Below, in pieces: positions 1-36,000 of a stretch of DNA of 64,000 bases. Source of the DNA: Tubiluchus corallicola (Eukaryota; Animalia; Priapulida); contig JAQGDQ010002400.1 in the NCBI GenBank assembly GCA_030141605.1, positions 1-64,000 on the forward strand. Direction: 5' to 3'. A program made the translations under genes and the position numbers. The notes under the pieces were generated by a model. That model was given only the letters and a program-made list of their open reading frames with translations, was not told where the DNA came from and did no database searches. How positions within the stretch are numbered: position 1 is the first letter of the stretch; each line of letters starts with the position of its first letter.

Positions 1-861
1 TGCAAAAATAAGTACAAGGTGTTACTTGTTGAAATCAAAGAGTGGTGTAGTTAGGGGTGTACGAAATTTGGGACGGGATCCGGGCTTGAATTGGGATCAA
101 TAGTATAATTATCAGTAACGAGGTAAGAAGATAATGGAAGTACATCATTCCCCTTCTCATTTCCACAGTTTTAGCTCTAATCTATTAATGTTTAGATAAT
201 TGGGATATGATATTCATGATTCACATAGCCACGGTAAGTTCAAATGTTTTCGTCTACCGCAGGATGTAGCTAAGTCCTATTTTATATTCTTAAGTAAACA
301 TAACGCACAACAATAATAACTTCGCTACGAAGTTAAAGGATCCATTTTTAGAAAGAATTATTCATACGGATACTGAGCACAGAATCATTATCGACTAGGA
401 AGCATTAGTTGTTTGGGCGGATTTTAGATGGGAAAGATAAGTTTAAAACTTTAAAGATTAGGTCTCTTGTATGTCGCTTCGTAAACCGTTCAATAAGCCT
501 TTTACTTACAGTTCCAGAAGGCGGTGTTTGGAAAATAATATTGTCTATTTTGATGTATTACGTAGAAAAGCTATAAATGTAAGCTTTAGATGTAAATTCG
601 TAAACAGCAATTGCTATTATTCCAACAAGTTGACAAATTACATCCACCGTTGATGCAAATCCCTGTGTGACCCAGCAGAATAAATTAATCATATTATTCA
701 TATTCAGATACATGCCTGAATGATGTTTTTCCTTATGTGTCAAAGTATACTATTTACTATAGCGTTTACTATTTTACAAGTTTTTTTTAAAAAAATAACG
801 GAATTTGGCAATCACGCGTTGCAGCTATGACTACTTCATAAAATCGCAATAAAAATATTTT

Positions 862-1130
862 TCACAAAATTAAAAGATACGAATAAGCCGGCCCATTTCT
901 ATCTATTAACCTCAGAAACCTGAAGTAAATATTGTTTCTTTCTTGACTAGTTTTGTACATAGTGTAAAAGAAAGGTGTTTGGATCATGTTACCTGGCAAA
1001 ACATTAGGGACGATCGTAAATTGCCCAAAAAATTTAGTCATTGTTCCGTTAACGTCAAGATGCAATTGTCTAATACTTATTGCACTACTTTTTATTGCAT
1101 TTCTACTTGGATTTTTATTTTTATGATCTC
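862..1130 (-). pseudogene. Possible Polinton/adintovirus minor capsid (penton) fragment
   Basis: DVNGTMTKFFGQFTIVPNVLPGNMIQTPFFYTMYKTSQERNNIYFRFLRLIDRNG follows the NG..F.PNV.PG..I......Y......I....LR..D..G pattern I recall for Polinton penton C-termini. Not verified by search. Confidence 0.35.
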
Positions 1131-1363
1131 TGGAAATTCAAAGTAGTGTATAATGTGTCAACATGGAGTAGATATATTTCTAACAGACTTAATCTTATTT
1201 GTTTTGATGCCAACCACAATTGTAGATAGGATTTATTACTGTTATATACATTACGTTACGGTGACATACATACAAGAAAATGACAACAAAATACAAACGT
1301 AGAACACAGGGCTATTACCTTATAGCTATAGAGCCAAATATATGGTTAGAACCAATTACATAC

Positions 1364-24348
<22,985 letters not shown>

Positions 24349-25177
24349 TGTTACTTTTTAAGAAATATTTACCGTAAAAAACAATTTTTCTAATAATCGA
24401 AACGTATACTTTGGACACGAAAAATCATATCTTCCAAAAATCAACTACCAAATTGGAGCAAAGAAAGGCGAGACATTGTCGATCACTTTATATTAGCAAG
24501 CTCCTCTTCTTTACACGTAAGCTGGTGATATTTTCGTTAGTTCATGAAGCAAAATGACTTTCCTCTGCCTATAGCGGTAAATTGGGCCTATTCTTAATTC
24601 CAATGTTACTCGTAAGTGATTGATTTAACTTTTTCTCCCGATGACACTAGGCCCATGCATATACTTAATTACCCTTGCTATGATATCTGCGCAGTAGACC
24701 AGTTTTGTTTACTCTGCGCAGGTTGTTGGTCCTTCAAATTAAGCACAAGACGTTTAACTTTGACCCACGATGAACATCTTATCTCTCGTAGGATTTGCAT
24801 GCATCATATTTAGAGTAAACACGTGTACACGAAAGCTTACACAGTCACATACCATAAGCAAACATAAGAAAACTAATAACAGGTTTCAGTCGTTTGGTAC
24901 CTTAGGCCTATAATACGTACAGTTATTTTATTTTCCGATACTACAGTATGCCTGATATGTTACTCATTACTCTGACGTTTTTATAAATTCAGACATTTTT
25001 GCACACTGGAATGAAATTTTAGTGTACTTTTAATATATGTATCATTTATGTAAATAGCTTTTTTCTTTTTTAATCAACTTTCTCCTTAATTCTTCCTAAC
25101 TCGTAAATTGCGCTTTTATCTATTTAAATAATTTTATTTAATATTTTTGTGTATATTGTATTTTATGGCTAAAGACT

Positions 25178-25265
25178 ATGTATGTATGTATGTATGTATG
25201 TATGTATGTATGTATGTATGTATGTATGTATGTATGTATGTATGCATGCATGCATGCATGTATGT
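25178..25265. repeat. (TATG)n/(CATG)n microsatellite
   Basis: Seen directly. Confidence 0.95.
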
Positions 25266-28200
25266 CTACGAGCTGAAATAAATGCTGTGCAACTTTCAAT
25301 ACGTGTATTAACAAAAAATATTTGCAGATCGAAGAATACATGTACTCATCGGCTATATAAGTGCTAGCGAAAGTGCAAATTTTTGATCCACACAGCCTCG
25401 CGACGGTATAGGCCTAGTTTCTTGCACCATATTTTTCTTAACAAACAAACGTTCGGCAATAAAATGCAACAAAAACATTTTCCACCTTGACAGTACATAA
25501 AAATCGGCCTTCATTTGAAACAAAACAGTTAGTCGTTGTCATTTTTATCACTATGAACGTTCACTGAGTGCAATGTTGATGGTTAACTTGACGACACCAG
25601 GACATGACGACTTAAAAAAAAATTTAAAATCTTAGAGAAGCCAGATATATGTCAAATAGAAGCCAGTTACTCGATGTTTTAAAACGTTGATTCACTAATA
25701 TAGCGTTTTGCAGGGGCGGAACTAAGCTGCAATTTATCTTCCATAGATGCTATTAATTTGAATTCACGATCATTATACAACTCCTACTACAATTTGGTTA
25801 GTGCATATTTTATACTAAACTTCGATAGGAGTTCTTTCACTGTACCCCTGCCAGCAACAATCTTTGCAGATTAGAAAGCAAAGAGTTGATCTTGTTTTCC
25901 TTGGCACTGAGCCAGATGTTGATTATTTTTTCAGTTGAATTGCGAAGTGTTCGGCAAAGAAAATATAAAACCCAGAAAAAAAACTTGTAGCGTAAAAGTA
26001 AAATGCGACATAATTATGTTCTAATGGGAGAACTTTTTAAGTGCGAATATTATAATATAGATCTAAAAGTAAGTAATGGAGCTCTCCGTTCTTAACGCTA
26101 GATAACTCTTAATAAAAACGCATTTCTCTTCTGCATTATGATTAAAATAAGGACGTGTACTCAGTTCAGTTCTATTCTCAATTTACGTTAACGATTTCTA
26201 CTGATATGTTTTCTATTGACTGTGATCCTATTGATGTATAATTATGTATAATGCTAAATCTACACGTAGCCTATAATGCAGATATGTGAACGATTAAGGA
26301 TGTAAATTTTTACGTCGATTGGCCAAAATGGTTAATAATTTTACAAGCATGTTGAAATAATGTGTCGGAATTTTGTAAGCTAGATTAAAAGTATGTGAGT
26401 CCATATTTACATGCTTCTTCGTCGTTCTCAAACATAGTTTAAAGGTTTTAAATAATAGAAATCAGGAAACAAACTCTATTTGATACTATAAAAGGTATAA
26501 GGGATGTTTGTTTACTATGGAAGGGTATTAATACTAAATACCTGAGCCACTCACGCGTGGCTTAATAACTACATGCGTGCCTTTACAACCTTATACATCT
26601 CTTTAGTTAGAGAAATTTATGGGAGAAAAAGCATGCGTGCATTCGGAATAATGACGTGAGCTATTGTTGAAAATACATGTGTCGTTTGTGTAAAACGTGT
26701 CGTTTTGCTGCAACTTTGACTGGATGAAAATAACACGTGGTTTTGGAATAGTGAGCGTGCAATACCCTGCCATAATTTTCAATCTAGAGAAAGTGCTTGA
26801 CAGAAATTTGTACTGAACACACGATCAAATTTTAGCTCTGAATAGTAAAAATCTCAAGAGATAGTCTTATATGTACGTTATATGCATTATAATGCATACT
26901 TACTTTGTAAACAATTAGATGTGGATTAAAAAGGTGGTTTAAAAAATGCCGTTCAATTTGAATCTCGGAGAGGATGTGAAAATGAAGCCGTTTTCTTCAA
27001 ATCTAAACTACTACATGAAATTAAAAAACTGCGTAAAAGAAGAATTTCATAAAAGCGATACAACGTTTAATTTAAAAGTCAAAACGAGAACATACAGCTT
27101 AATTCCGCCAATAAACTGAAAGCTTCCAAACTGTTTAATTTCCTGCTAACATACATAACTAAAAATAAGTGCATAAACAAAGTTTTACCCATGTTGGTGA
27201 CCAATTCACCATATACAGATAGCAGTTTATTCACGCTAGAGTAGTTAAGAATTAATTAGATTTTCAGTTTATGTGGCGGAATTCAGTGTTTGAAATTGTT
27301 CGTTGGAAGCTAAGAGGTATTAACAGTCTTAATAATTCATTCTGTTAATTAAGGATCTGCACTGCATCTAACAGATCTGACCCCACAATGTGTGCTCATA
27401 ATTCTTCGCAAAAAATGGTGCTCCTAACATGTATGTAATAATCTCATATTGTTGTTTTTTTAAAAAAAACGTATGTATGTGTTCAAATGTTGTAAACACT
27501 TAATTAAGGCCTCATTTTTGAAAAAAAAAACAGTATTAATAATTCTACAGTCAAATATTTTTTTAACAAAAAGCAGCTCCTGCTGGACTAGTAATAGGTC
27601 AAATTTTAGCGGTGTTACTTGTCCTAACTTTTATTTCCAAGATTATTAACTTTTTTATTAAAAGAAACCTTTCGTGGTGACATTGTTATCTAAAGCTGGA
27701 AAAGCAAAAATGAAGACTGGGCGCCGTGCATTTCAGTACATTACAAATACAATGCAGTACATTATAATACAAAAAACTACACAGAAGGGGTATAATAGTC
27801 GTGCAACACAATAATAATAATAATAATAATAATGTGGTATTTGCAATTTTTTATTATTATATTATACTATGTTATAGGAATCAGGAAAATGTTACCAAAC
27901 AACAAAATTTTAAATAGAAATACCACTAAAACTGAAGAGGCCGATGATTTATGAGAAATAATTAATTACGCAAAAGTGACTAGACTACGGAAATGAAAAA
28001 AGAATAGGTTTTCAACTTATACTGAACAAAAATAACAAAACAAAGCAGCTGAATGGAGAAACAGTTGACTGATGCCTTGCACATTTTCTGTATAATAATT
28101 TGGGCGAATTAATATGCTTTTTTGTGTGACAGAGTGGGCATAGTGAATGCCACGAAGACAGTGTTGCCGTATGCGACTAGCTAACATGCGTCATAAGCCT

Positions 28201-28517
28201 GTCCGACGTGTCCGTGGGACAAATGATTTTACTTCTCATCACATGATGTCAGCAGCAGCTAATACATGCTCTATTGCATGTAAAAAAAATTAATAGTAAG
28301 CAGACGTTTTTTTAGAAAGCAATCCAAGTAAGAATTACATTATGCGTTCTGTTTTAATTGACGTCAGTGTTGTTACACACTTTGCGTTATTCTAGTTTGT
28401 TGCGTAAATGTTTGTGAGGGATTACCGCAAATAAATTTGCAGGTTAGTTTTGTGAAAACTTAGTACTGCCAGAACTGAAAGCATGGGCGCATGTTTTGTT
28501 AAAAAGGGACTAGATTC

Positions 28518-28660
28518 GTTTCCCGGAAAAGGTTTTCGCCAGAAAAATTTTTTCCTCGACAAAAAAGTTTCACAGAAAACTTTTTTTGTCAGAAAAAGGT
28601 TTCCCAGAAGAGGTATTTCTCAGAACTGTCATTTCCCAGAAAATAAATTTTACTGAAAAT
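28518..28660. repeat. Array of about 16-bp TTTCCCAGAA-type units (probable subterminal repeats of a DNA transposon end)
   Basis: Repeated TTTCCCGGAAAA / TTTCGCCAGAAAA / TTTCCCAGAA units. Confidence 0.55.
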
Positions 28661-29444
28661 GTAATAAATCGATTATAGCGAATCATACTGATCTTGCATA
28701 TATGCTCCTTTGTATACAATGTACACATTAAATAAAGTTAAAACTGGATTAATTTATTGTACATTTATATCAACCATTCCAAACAATAGGTTGCCATGGT
28801 CCTATGTCCATTGTCCTGCTCAGGCGTGCACAACATCACACAACTATCAAGTCAATCCTATTTAATAGTGAACAATGCAATGGTTATCTATGGTTCTCTG
28901 ATCTTAGCTATGTCTTACACTACATATGCAATTAAGTAATCACTGCATGTGATTGGCTACCGAAGTGAAACAATGTCGAGCCTGACAATTCATTAGTTTA
29001 GTGACTGCTAATGGAATCTCACTTTCAGCAGTTCCTTCTACTGCGATGCCAAATTATTTTGCTAATTTAGAGAGGATGTACAACTGTAAATGCATTTGAC
29101 TGTGACTGTCACAATATTTCTCTCAGAGGATTATTTTGAAAATGAACTAGGATCCGGTCCTGTCATAAAGGAACACGTAAAAAAATCTTGTGAAAGAGCA
29201 TAATGTAGTGAGCAAATTTAGACTCCAACATAAGGCTTGGTGTAGATTCATTTTATAGATTGTTTTATATAAACTTTATTTCAAATCCTTTGAAAATCAA
29301 TTAGATTTGAGGTAATTATGTGCCAAATGATACAATGCAAATTGATTCCAATTTAACGCCAAAAGGCGGAACTCAGGGTCGCAGTACAAATAGCTACTGA
29401 ACTGCAGCTGTACTCTGTGTATTGTGTCCAGAAGCATTACCACT

Positions 29445-30370
29445 AGTACAATGATGATGCTTTGACTTTTCTGGCGCTTTTCATTCTTAACGAGTTTGCA
29501 CCGTGTTTCAGTAACATTTTAAAATTGTCTTCCTGTAATCTTTGCTGTTGAGATTTGTCATTATCAGTGTACAGAGTCTTGTTCACTTTATATCAGACTA
29601 AATCAGATTTGCTGCCCACAACAGCCTTCTTGGTCTCTGCTGAACTCATTTTAGCAATAATAACACCTGGCTTCTTACTGTTGTACGTTTACAAACAGCT
29701 GTTGCACACACAACATCTTTCAGCTTTAGCCCTTCCTTAAATAAAGTACCGTATTTTCCCGTGTATAAGAGACCCTTTTTTGCTCAGAATTTTCACTTTA
29801 AAAATAGGGGGTCTCTTATACATGGGAGTAAGTCTTTTCAATAAGATGCATAAATTGTGACACTAATGATTTTAAAGAAATAAGTGCTCTACAACTGTTT
29901 TGCGTGTCGCGTTCGACTATGAAGCGGTTGTAAGCAATACAAGCATCGTGACACAGGCATTATCTCCTCGTTTTCTCTTTTCCTGTTACAGGTTTGCAGG
30001 TACGCACTTTAATATATACCAGTACTCTTTTTCTACAACACATTAACTGGTTTTATTTTGTTTTCAGTACCGCACTGAGTTGAAAAAAGTTGTACTCTAC
30101 CCTCTAAAAATGTCCGTCTGAAAAAACTTTTTTCCGAATTTTTGCCTAAAAATTGAAGGGGTCTCTTATACACAAGGATCTCTTATACACGGGAAAATAC
30201 GGTATTAACACTGCAGGTAACATTCAGCTTCAGACTGTGGCAAATTATGAATAACTAGGTTTAAAGTCAAATCATTTTCTTTTTATTGTGTAGAGCTAGA
30301 TTCTTTCTCCTGAGATTTCAACCGGTTCTCTATGTCGTCCAGCAATCTGCCTTCAGTTGCTCCCCTTGCT
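29445..30370 (-). pseudogene. Degraded LINE ORF1 (CR1/L2-type, RRM-like) split by a MITE
   Basis: After removing 29749-30204 and allowing frameshifts: LNLVIHNLPQSEAE..VNTLFKEGLKLKDVVCATAVCK..KKPGVIIAKMSSAETKKAVVGSKSDL*..LYTDNDKSQQQRLQEDNFK. Confidence 0.6.
29749..30202. mobile_element. Tc1/mariner (pogo/Tigger-like) MITE
   Basis: Perfect 24-bp TIR CCGTATTTTCCCGTGTATAAGAGA flanked by a TA TSD on both sides. Confidence 0.92.
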
Positions 30371-31216
30371 CTCTTATTAGCTATGTCACTGTCAAGTGGC
30401 TGTCATCATGTGCCCCTATTCAACTAAAAGTTTACAGATTGTTCTTTATGCAGATTGCTTGCAGAACTACTAACAGATATTTACTAACAAAAAAATTTCC
30501 AAATGCACAAAAGTCACACTTTTATTTACAAGCTTTCCCAAATCAATAAGACTAATATACTATTGCTCGACTTGCTGTACTCAAACAGGTTTGAAAACGA
30601 CAAATATTTGACATTCTTTATTAATTTTAAATTAAATATGCACTTGATGAGTTGCATAAGATACTTATATTAACTGCAGAATGCCATCCAATACAACTGT
30701 AATTGTGCATGTTGTAGATGAATAAATAATAATAACACTTTTTTCTTATTTTTTGCAGCAACCAGCTCTCGATTCACCTTCTGTAGTGAAGAACCACTGA
30801 CTGAGTACCGAAACAAATTGCTCTCTTGCTCATACACATCATCCTGCACTGTATAGAATTCTGAAAATATTAAAAGTCTTGGCAGATTATCGCTATACAG
30901 AATGTTTCATCAAAAATGGAGTTAACGAACAATCATTAGTATCGAAAACAGTCTTATACAGTAACCATATTACTCACAAACTAAATGAGCACCTACAACT
31001 ACATATTTCATTTATACCTGTTATTAATTTAAAATTTAATGATAATTTGCATCCAATTTTACGACAAATCGTAATAAGTTGGTAAAGGTATAGCATAGAA
31101 CATATATATAAGTACAAAACACAAAAAAACGATAATCAGATAGATAAAAACGAATTACTAAAAAAATTAAGGCACAGGTATAACAAATAAGCAACTAACG
31201 GGACGTATTGTCACTA

Positions 31217-31948
31217 CAGTCAAACCTTTTTATACGCCCACTTTGGTATGGGAAAAAAGTTGGCCTTGCTGTGAGTTTTGTATTATAATCAGGTGCATTA
31301 ATACATGCATGTCTATGCATTACCAAAAATTTGGGCATTAACTCTTTCACTACATAATTGCTTTTTAACTGGGCTGCATTGGCTTTTGCACATTTAACAA
31401 TAACTTCTTGTGGTGTGTTACTAAAACAGAAACTTGTACATAAACAAATAGCCATTTCTTATTAAACACTAATATTGAATATTACTTTTATTTATACACA
31501 TGCGCACACATACAAGCACTCATGTACACACCCACACTACTAAGCACATATTTATATTTAGAAGCCAATTTTCACAAAAGTCATATTACTAATCCATAAT
31601 GCACAATTATTTTATAAAAATGCAGAACAAGTGACTAAACATACATTCCACTAACCACCAACAAGCAATTTGCATGGGAACGTACTATACATTACAGTAT
31701 TATGGAATGCACCTGGCTTCAGGTACTGATTGGCTGGTTAGTGTTACTTTTTTGCGAAGCAACCCCATTCCCACGGCTATTAAACTTTTCTACGTTTTTA
31801 CATGGCTGTAGCAGCAAAATAAACAGATCAGTCTGCCGCCTTCCGTCCCTTACAAAAAAAATGTAGGTGGCAGTGTGCCGCCTTCCATAGTGAAAGGGTT
31901 AAGCGAGGTTGACATTTTAAGAGGGGGTCGTCGTAAAGAGGTTTGACA
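31217..31948. mobile_element. Tigger-like MITE (CAGTCAAACC family)
   Basis: TA|CAGTCAAACCTTTTTATACGCC ... CGTAAAGAGGTTTGAC. Confidence 0.6.
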
Positions 31949-32118
31949 TATACATCATAAAACATTCTCGCACATTTCAAGCTATATTACTACAGCTAAA
32001 ATTGTATTTAATAGTTCTGGTATGTAAAGTTAGTACCTTCTGGAGTTGTTTTCTTATTTAAATATACCAGCATTCTGAAGGTCCATATATTTGTCAATTG
32101 CCCTAGTAATTAATCACA

Positions 32119-32829
32119 TCAATTAAGCAATAAACTGATCCAGTCATATACAATTTTTAAACAGTCTTTACTAAGCTCATGCCCAGTATTTGTTAATGGC
32201 CAAAATGTAGCAGGAACACCAAGTGCTTGAAGTCTATCATGAGTCCTCTTTCCATACGCAAATTTCATTTTTTCATCATTAGTGCCATGGATCAACAAAA
32301 GGGGCAACGACAGTGTCATAACACTTTCCTCCAAAAACTTATACACTGCTGAGTCTTCGTTTAAGAAAGAGCAAATACCAAAAACGCCTGCAAGCGAACG
32401 AGAAAATCGATATCCTACATGAATGCTCAAACTTCCACCCTGTGAAAACCCGCCAACAACTATCCTAGTGAATGGTATTCCATTTCCGACTTCAATGTCA
32501 ATAAGTTTTAGGATTTCAAAAACTGATGCATCCACAGATTCTGTAAGTTCCTTTGATTCAATAGTTTTGTCTTCTCTGTCATACCAGAGCCTGCGTAGTT
32601 TGCCTCTGTTGGCTGTGTATTTCAGTTTAGGAGCCGTTGGATAGATTACTTTTATACAATCGAATTGAAATTCCTCGCCCCATATGCTGTCCACCATACA
32701 TTTAAACTTCTCCCCAGTCTGAAAAACACCATGCAAAAATATAAGAGTAGCTAAATGATGTTTCTTTGGCAAAATAATAACGGGTAATAAATCAACACTA
32801 CATCCCACGTGTCCTGTGGAAGCTGCCAT
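32119..32829 (-). CDS. LYPLAL1: Lysophospholipase-like 1 / acyl-protein thioesterase-like alpha/beta hydrolase (236 aa, intronless CDS)
   Basis: First in-frame ATG at 32829 (MAASTG...). Motifs LIFLHG, IKVIYPTAP, WYDR, nucleophile elbow GGFSQGG, AGVFGICSFLN, HGTND (Asp) and GHELS (His); collinear with LYPLAL1 as I recall its sequence. Confidence 0.88.
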   Translation of the reverse strand: MAASTGHVGCSVDLLPVIILPKKHHLATLIFLHGVFQTGEKFKCMVDSIWGEEFQFDCIKVIYPTAPKLKYTANRGKLRRLWYDREDKTIESKELTESVDASVFEILKLIDIEVGNGIPFTRIVVGGFSQGGSLSIHVGYRFSRSLAGVFGICSFLNEDSAVYKFLEESVMTLSLPLLLIHGTNDEKMKFAYGKRTHDRLQALGVPATFWPLTNTGHELSKDCLKIVYDWISLLLN

Positions 32830-33058
32830 TATTGCACACCAGGGGAATAAAGGGATTTGATTTTGAATTAACTTGCGAAAAATGTGATCACATCTAGAAA
32901 CTTTAAGTTTTTGCAAAGTATAAAAATAAAATAACAGCAGCTATGCTATTTTATTTTTAAAGAGTAAAACAAAATTAATGTTACCTTCTGAAACTCTGCC
33001 TATCCCATTCGATTCTCACTATTAAAAAGGTATTAATGTGCCCCTTGATCTCTGAAGC
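32830..33058. promoter_or_regulatory. Putative bidirectional promoter / 5' UTRs between the LYPLAL1-like gene and CNDP2
   Basis: Divergent start codons separated by 229 bp; candidate 91-nt 5'-UTR intron of the minus gene at 32894-32984. Confidence 0.65.
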
Positions 33059-36000
33059 ATGGCTCGTTTGGAAAGTGTATTTCGGTAAGCTAATTGAATC
33101 TACAAACTTTTATGTGCGTAAATAAGTTTACAAGTATGCATTTTTCTAGGAAAGATGCGAGTGTATTAGTTAGTTGTTATTATGATTGTTTTTTATGTCA
33201 GTTTCGTGTTCAGTTAAAGAATTAACTGATCTAGTCACATACAACTTTCAGAAGTTCTTATCAGTGCTTGTCGGTAGCTAGATTTATGTCAATAGTGTGT
33301 GTGTTTTGTACGTCTAATTCAGTAGTAGTTTCACAGTACAGCTCATACAGTAATTAATGTGGCCCCAGTCTAGCAGAATGTCATTAAGATTGTCAGTCTT
33401 TTTAGTGACTTGAGAAACGCTTTTACCGTATATTACCGACACTTTTACCGTGGATTGCCGTAAACTAACGTACATACCTTAATATTGTCTTCTCTTCGTT
33501 TAAGTTACGCTAATTTAATGAGGCAACCTAGCAAGCTTTATATTGTAAGTGATACGTTGACTGCTTGATATAAGATTGATAAAATCAGTTTCCCTGTTTT
33601 CGTTTTTGTTTATCTTGGTTTTACCAAAGAACAAAAGCATTTTAGTACATTTAACATTACTATTATTGTAAATTAAATGTGATATTGCTAAGAAACCAGC
33701 GCAGTTGTGTAAAGCAAGATTTTTTGTAGCTTTTTCGAGCATCCGTTATAAATTACTCTTTCTGGTCCCATTGGCTTGTGGGAGACTCTGTGTTGACACT
33801 GTTACTAGCCCCAAGCTACATCTCGGGGCAGAGGTCGCTTGAAGTTCAATAAGAGGATATTATCTGAAGCTATACAAGACTAAAACAAATAGATTAGCAT
33901 GTCTCCACAGTTTTTCAAGCGGGATCGTTAACACCTGGAATAGTCTGACAAATGAAGTGGTATCTGCACCTAGTATAAATGCATTCAAAAATAGGCTGGA
34001 TAAGTACTGGTCTTTGAGAGATCTGGTCTATAGCTATAAGGCCTCAACTGAGTATTTGACATCGGACATATACGCAAGATTTGGCTAGTCTTACTTTGCA
34101 AAAACATCTTAAGGTGTCTGGAAAGTCAGGAGACCCTAGTTTGGATGGATGAACAAGGGATTGGTATTGACTGTGTTGCCAGTTTCTTGCATCCTAATCT
34201 TCCTAATGTTTTCTGCTTTCTAGCGTTTAGTTGTACCTGGTCACTAAAAAGGTGCTGTGTGTAAAATTGCATCTGCCACATCATATGTTGTTAATAGTAA
34301 AGCACCCGGACTCACTTGTAGATGTACCCTCATGTGCCACATAAATGTACTGCTATAAGTGTACTTGAATAATTTTAAGAGCGAAAAGAATAACTCTGAT
34401 ACCAATATCCCTTAAATTATAAAGAGGCTTGTCTTGTACTTGCTGATGTCCAGCATCATGTTTGATAAGCTCACTTCTGTATTTATGTGGTCTCCTTAAT
34501 CACCTAGCAAATTAATAAACTTTACAATACATAGGTGAGACTAGTTTAACTTAACCCTTTTTGTCGATATCCAGGGTTTTTGGTAAACTTTTGCTGAAAG
34601 TCTTCCTCAAACTTTATTCATGTAACATAGGTAGCAGTATGGTGTTTTTTGCATCATTATAATAGTCACGGTGATAGTCCCAGTTTTCAATGTTCACTAA
34701 CATGTATTTTTAATCAAGCAGAAATATAATTAAATTTACTTGCAGCTATATTGATCAGCATGAGGCTGACTATGTCCAGCGGTTGTCCGATGTGGTGGCT
34801 ATCAAATCTGTGTCAGCTTGGGCTGACCACAGGGATGAGTGTATACGAATGATGAACTGGACAAAAGCTGTAAGTGTACAAGTCTGTGCATTCGATTTAG
34901 ATGTGATTTTAGATCTAACAAACTGTTAATATTCTAAGTTGCTACCGCAGCAGATGTGGATATAATACAGTATTCAGATTTATGACCGCTCAATAAAATT
35001 TCTATTGAAAGAGATTATTATTAAAATATCAATCACCGAAATAGTTTTGTTGATAGAGTGTACCTTTTGTTACTATTCAAAAATTTTGTTTGATCTGGTT
35101 GACTCTATTATGTAAGGTGCATGCTGCCGGGATGAATGTTTTCCTGTAACGTTCGGTATGCATTTTTGGAAGAAGAAACTTCATTCCTCTTTCTACAGGT
35201 AGTTCTCGGGGGTGGTAGTAGAGAACAGTTATTGTTAGTCTTATTGTAGCAATAATTTAGTGTCGATGGCTGCGTCATCCCTTTTTTTAATGTCTACACA
35301 TAACTTTATAATATTATACACACACAGCTTTACAACTTTAATCTATGATCTTTTAATCTGCTTAGGTATTTGGGTAATAACTAATATATAATAAGTTTAT
35401 AATAAAATTTTCAAACATTTTAATAAAGGCTTACTTAAAATCAAGATATAAATCATTTATTCATATAATATCACTTGTACAGTAATAAATCTTATCTAAT
35501 AGTGCACAAATATGATTTATCTAGTAATGCATAACTTATCTAATGCACATAGTCTATCATTTACTTAATAATGTAGCATTAGATTTTATCTGCAGTTCTG
35601 GACAGAGTATATTTATTCTAGAGCAAAGTCATAAAATACTGTTATTTTTTCATTTCCATGCAATTCCATGTTTAAACTCTTCCTGTCAGTTGCATGTACC
35701 AAAACCTGCTGTACAACTTTTCTATTTAATACCGAGAATACTCTGTCAGTATCTGCAATAACTGTGACAACATGTAAACTACAATTTTTATTAATCATTA
35801 AAGCAAGTACAGCTAAAAGGGAGGAACTGTGAAAAAGTTGGCCCTGAGATAGATTTGAATCAGGACCTTTGAATTACAAATGCAAAATGTTAGACAACTG
35901 TACCATGGAACTCTCTGAGAGTAAGACATTAAATTTAAAAAGTGTGCTTTGTACTTAAGCTGACATTCCCTTTCTCTGTGCTGAAATTGCTTTTAAGCTT

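Noticed and set aside
32830-32916. 29-aa N-terminal extension of the esterase in the ORF track
   Set aside because: Starts at TTG inside a probable 5'-UTR intron; homology begins at MAAS (32829).
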